From positions 1-45,783 of the forward strand of contig JALAGF010004967.1 of the NCBI GenBank assembly GCA_030167865.1: a stretch of 45,783 bases of DNA. The letters run 5' to 3'. This document shows positions 42,951 to 45,783 of the stretch, piece by piece. The translations under genes were made by a program, and so were the position numbers. How positions within the stretch are numbered: position 1 is the stretch's first letter; each line of letters begins with the position of its first letter. The stretch comes from Craspedostauros australis. Taxonomy: Eukaryota. The notes beneath the pieces are model-generated. The model did no database searches and was not told the DNA's origin. It saw only the letters and a program-made list of their open reading frames with translations.

Positions 42951-43288
42951 CAACACAACAAAAACACACAAGAGGACCGAGAATACAGCACAACTCAGCA
43001 ACAACAAGCCACAGGCGGCACCCGTCCATCACATAATACACATCATATTGTATTGTAGAATAGTATTCTATTATATTCTATAATACTGACTGGGTTGCTG
43101 TGAGACGCTGACGAGACCCAACGGATAGCACAACGCTGGAGTACCAGAAGAAAGCACGGCTGGTCCACAACTCTGTACCCGCTCACTGGTGTACTATTGT
43201 TCTATAATACTTACATTTGCTATTACTCTGCCCTAGTATAGCTCGGATTGCTTCTTCGAAGTGCGCGTCAATCATCAGCGATAGCACC

Positions 43289-45783
43289 ATGAAGATGCTC
43301 GCCGTCTCTGTCGTTGCCATGATGGCCATGGCCATGGTGGTCACGGTGACGATGGCTGCAAGTCCAGCAGAAGCAACGGCAACGGCAACGGAACATCCGC
43401 AGGAAGTCACCAAGCTGACCAGGAAGATGAGGAAGGCAGCCGACTCCGACGCCTTTCCGCCCATCGCTCGCAGAGACATGGAAGACGATGGAACGTGCAC
43501 CAACACCAACGGTCCAACTCCCATCAACCAGTATGCCATTCTGACCGTTCTCGCGCGTCCCAATACCCTTGTGGACAACGCTGAGGATGCCCGCACTCTG
43601 CTGGAGACCAACTTCGTTGATGCGTACAACGCCGTGGCCAGCTGCGCCCAGAATGGGGCTTTCTACACTCTCACTGCCATGTCCATCGTGAGGTCCAGCA
43701 TTGGCTCCACCTTCATCGTCACTGATCCATCCGCGAACGGCGGCCGCAGGCTGGAGGATGTGGAAGAGGCCGAAGAGATCGACTTCCTCATCCTCATCGA
43801 AGGAGAGTGCGTCGGTTGTCCCGACATTGGCGGTGGCAGCGGGCCTGTCTTTATCGACCAGATCGATCCATCTATCCTGGATCAGACCCAGCGTCGCATG
43901 ATGCAGTTGTGGCAGCATCAGGAAGGGTCTTCCGGCAAGCCAGCTACTCATACAGGTGCAACTGCGAAGCCTAGCGTCAAAGCCAATCATCAGACCCAGA
44001 CCCAGACGCATGCAAACACAGATGCACATGCAAACACAGATGTAGGTACCCACCAACCACGCAGAGACAGCACGGCAAAGAACACCAAGCAGCGTGGAGT
44101 GGAGAGATTCGCCATGTACGGCCTCTCCGACAATCTGCGAGATGACAACGACGACGAAGACGCAATTGAACCCTCCGCTCCATCATCACCACCACGGGGA
44201 AAGCGCGGCCGCCTCAAGCCACGGCGATTCCTTGACGGTTCGGAGGAGCATATCCACAATGGCGTCTCCTTCTCCCTTCTGCACAGACGCTCGCTCAACA
44301 CCGCGATGGCAAAGAAAGACGATGACAAGGACAAGGGCAGAAGTGGTAACGACAACAAGAAGACGAAGGCCAACGGCACCGGCGCGAGTGGAGAAGGGGA
44401 TAGAGATGGCGAGACACCCGACGGACCAGCTCCCAAGTCAATGCAGGGCGGCAAGGGCACCAAGGCATCCATGTTCTCAGAACCCACGTCGGCTCCAACT
44501 GATTCCACCGATCCCAACGGACCAGCGCCTGGACCGGACACCACGGCAGCACCGTCCGGGAAGGGCAGCAAGATGGGAGCACCTCCCTCCGCGCCTTCCG
44601 GCTCACAAAAGCAACCCAAGACGGGATCGCCCATGCCGGGAGGCACGAGCAACAGCACCAAGATGTCCAAGTCGGAAAATGGTCCAAAGGAGTGTATTTG
44701 CTTTCCACCAACCATCTCTGCCTTCGTCAACGAGTACGATGCCGTCATCCAAGCCACCAACTCTCCCACAGGCGGCAGACGTCTCCAGACCGCCACCACC
44801 ACTGGCATCGACGTCATCCTCTCTCTCGTCCTCGTGGACCCCTCCAGTGCATGCACCGCCGACGACTTCGAGACACGCACCGCCATCGTCCTCATCACCA
44901 TCCAGATCGACACATCACTGTCTTCCACGGCCGGTGGTGGTCTCACAGACGGACAGGTGGAGCAGTTCGAGGAGGATCTCAAGAACGAGTACAACGCGCA
45001 GAACAGCGGCGCGCTCAACGACCAGTCCTGCGACCCCTTCTTCAGACGCGTCACCAACGTCGAGCTGGTGCAGGTCGTCGAAGGCTACAGCCGCCGTCTC
45101 CAAGATTCCAACACGGAGCCTTCATTCCACGGCCACCGCAACATGCAAACCTCGACTGACTTCAGCTCCTCTATTGGTATCTCCACCTACATCTCAATCT
45201 ATACCTTCTTTTGCTTCAGCTGCGAATCGGGCACGCTGCTCTACGACGACGTCGACTTTGTCACGGTTCGTCGCCGCCGTGCGCTCAACGAGGAAGTTGA
45301 TACCTACGATGACAGTGCTGACAACAGCAACATTGAAGGTAAATATGGCTACTCATCCTGGACGGCCGAGGAGTTCACCCCATCTCAACACCACGAGGAA
45401 GACCCACGCTTCGCCGACATCCTCAAAGCTATCAACGCCCACAAGGCGAAGGAAAGTGCATATGCAAATGCAGGTGAAAATGCTGGAACCAGAACCGGCT
45501 TCCAACCCGAAGACAGCCCATTCGGTCCGCCGCTCAATATCAACAACCATCGCCAGCTGCAGTCCGCCATCGCCCACCATCGCTCTCTGCAGGGTGACCC
45601 TGACGACACCATCAACCCAGACATCGACTGTCTCTGCAGTGCCAACGCAACGCAAGAAGGTGTCACGGAGCAGCAGATCCTCAACGCTCTCAACGAGACT
45701 CTCCAGATCAACAACACCGACCCCATTCTCTTCATCACCAACGTTCAGGAGGTGCAGGAGATCGACTGCTCCGACACCGTCGA
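43289..45783 (+). CDS. Secreted extracellular/cell-wall protein with repeated Cys-containing modules, multiple RXL sites and a Lys/Ser/Pro/Thr-rich KXXK segment; 3'-truncated (more than 830 aa)
   Basis: Hand translation from ATG 43289 (MKMLAVSVVAMMAMAMVVTVTMAA signal peptide) is stop-free to the window end. Modules LETNFVDAYN..SC / FEEDLKNEYN..SCDPFFRRV, ECVGC / FCFSC, ECIC / DCLC; GRRLE, RRSL, GRRLQ, SRRLQ, RRAL, HRQLQ, HRSLQ. Confidence 0.85.
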   Translation, partial: MKMLAVSVVAMMAMAMVVTVTMAASPAEATATATEHPQEVTKLTRKMRKAADSDAFPPIARRDMEDDGTCTNTNGPTPINQYAILTVLARPNTLVDNAEDARTLLETNFVDAYNAVASCAQNGAFYTLTAMSIVRSSIGSTFIVTDPSANGGRRLEDVEEAEEIDFLILIEGECVGCPDIGGGSGPVFIDQIDPSILDQTQRRMMQLWQHQEGSSGKPATHTGATAKPSVKANHQTQTQTHANTDAHANTDVGTHQPRRDSTAKNTKQRGVERFAMYGLSDNLRDDNDDEDAIEPSAPSSPPRGKRGRLKPRRFLDGSEEHIHNGVSFSLLHRRSLNTAMAKKDDDKDKGRSGNDNKKTKANGTGASGEGDRDGETPDGPAPKSMQGGKGTKASMFSEPTSAPTDSTDPNGPAPGPDTTAAPSGKGSKMGAPPSAPSGSQKQPKTGSPMPGGTSNSTKMSKSENGPKECICFPPTISAFVNEYDAVIQATNSPTGGRRLQTATTTGIDVILSLVLVDPSSACTADDFETRTAIVLITIQIDTSLSSTAGGGLTDGQVEQFEEDLKNEYNAQNSGALNDQSCDPFFRRVTNVELVQVVEGYSRRLQDSNTEPSFHGHRNMQTSTDFSSSIGISTYISIYTFFCFSCESGTLLYDDVDFVTVRRRRALNEEVDTYDDSADNSNIEGKYGYSSWTAEEFTPSQHHEEDPRFADILKAINAHKAKESAYANAGENAGTRTGFQPEDSPFGPPLNINNHRQLQSAIAHHRSLQGDPDDTINPDIDCLCSANATQEGVTEQQILNALNETLQINNTDPILFITNVQEVQEIDCSDTV

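Noticed and set aside
43268-45741. Minus-strand ORFs of 262, 355 and 118 aa
   Set aside because: Antisense to the real plus-strand secreted-protein frame starting at 43289.

Overview
Eukaryotic nuclear DNA, most likely from a diatom: short GT-AG introns, a bipartite plastid-targeting presequence with an ASAFAP-type cleavage site, RXL-motif secreted protein, and many low-complexity tracts. About 12 protein-coding genes are supportable: a 5'-truncated Sen1/senataxin-like SF1B helicase with a WW domain inside its core; a GT61-like glycosyltransferase broken by a frameshift at a T8 run; plastid VIPP1; an MIT-like + coiled-coil protein resembling Atg38/NRBF2; a single-ORF fusion of an AlkB (ALKBH2/3-type) dioxygenase with a THUMP-domain RNA m2G-type methyltransferase; a GT49/LARGE-like glycosyltransferase; CNX2/MOCS1A; a 3426-aa intronless ankyrin-like repeat protein; an unknown multipass membrane protein; IST1; a CgeB/Glyco_trans_1_2-like glycosyltransferase; and a 3'-truncated secreted RXL/KXXK Cys-repeat protein that is absent from the ORF track. 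No rRNA, tRNA, CRISPR array or transposon was recognised. The most notable candidate is the AlkB-THUMP-methyltransferase 'eraser-writer' fusion. All family assignments come from motif recognition by eye, not from database searches.
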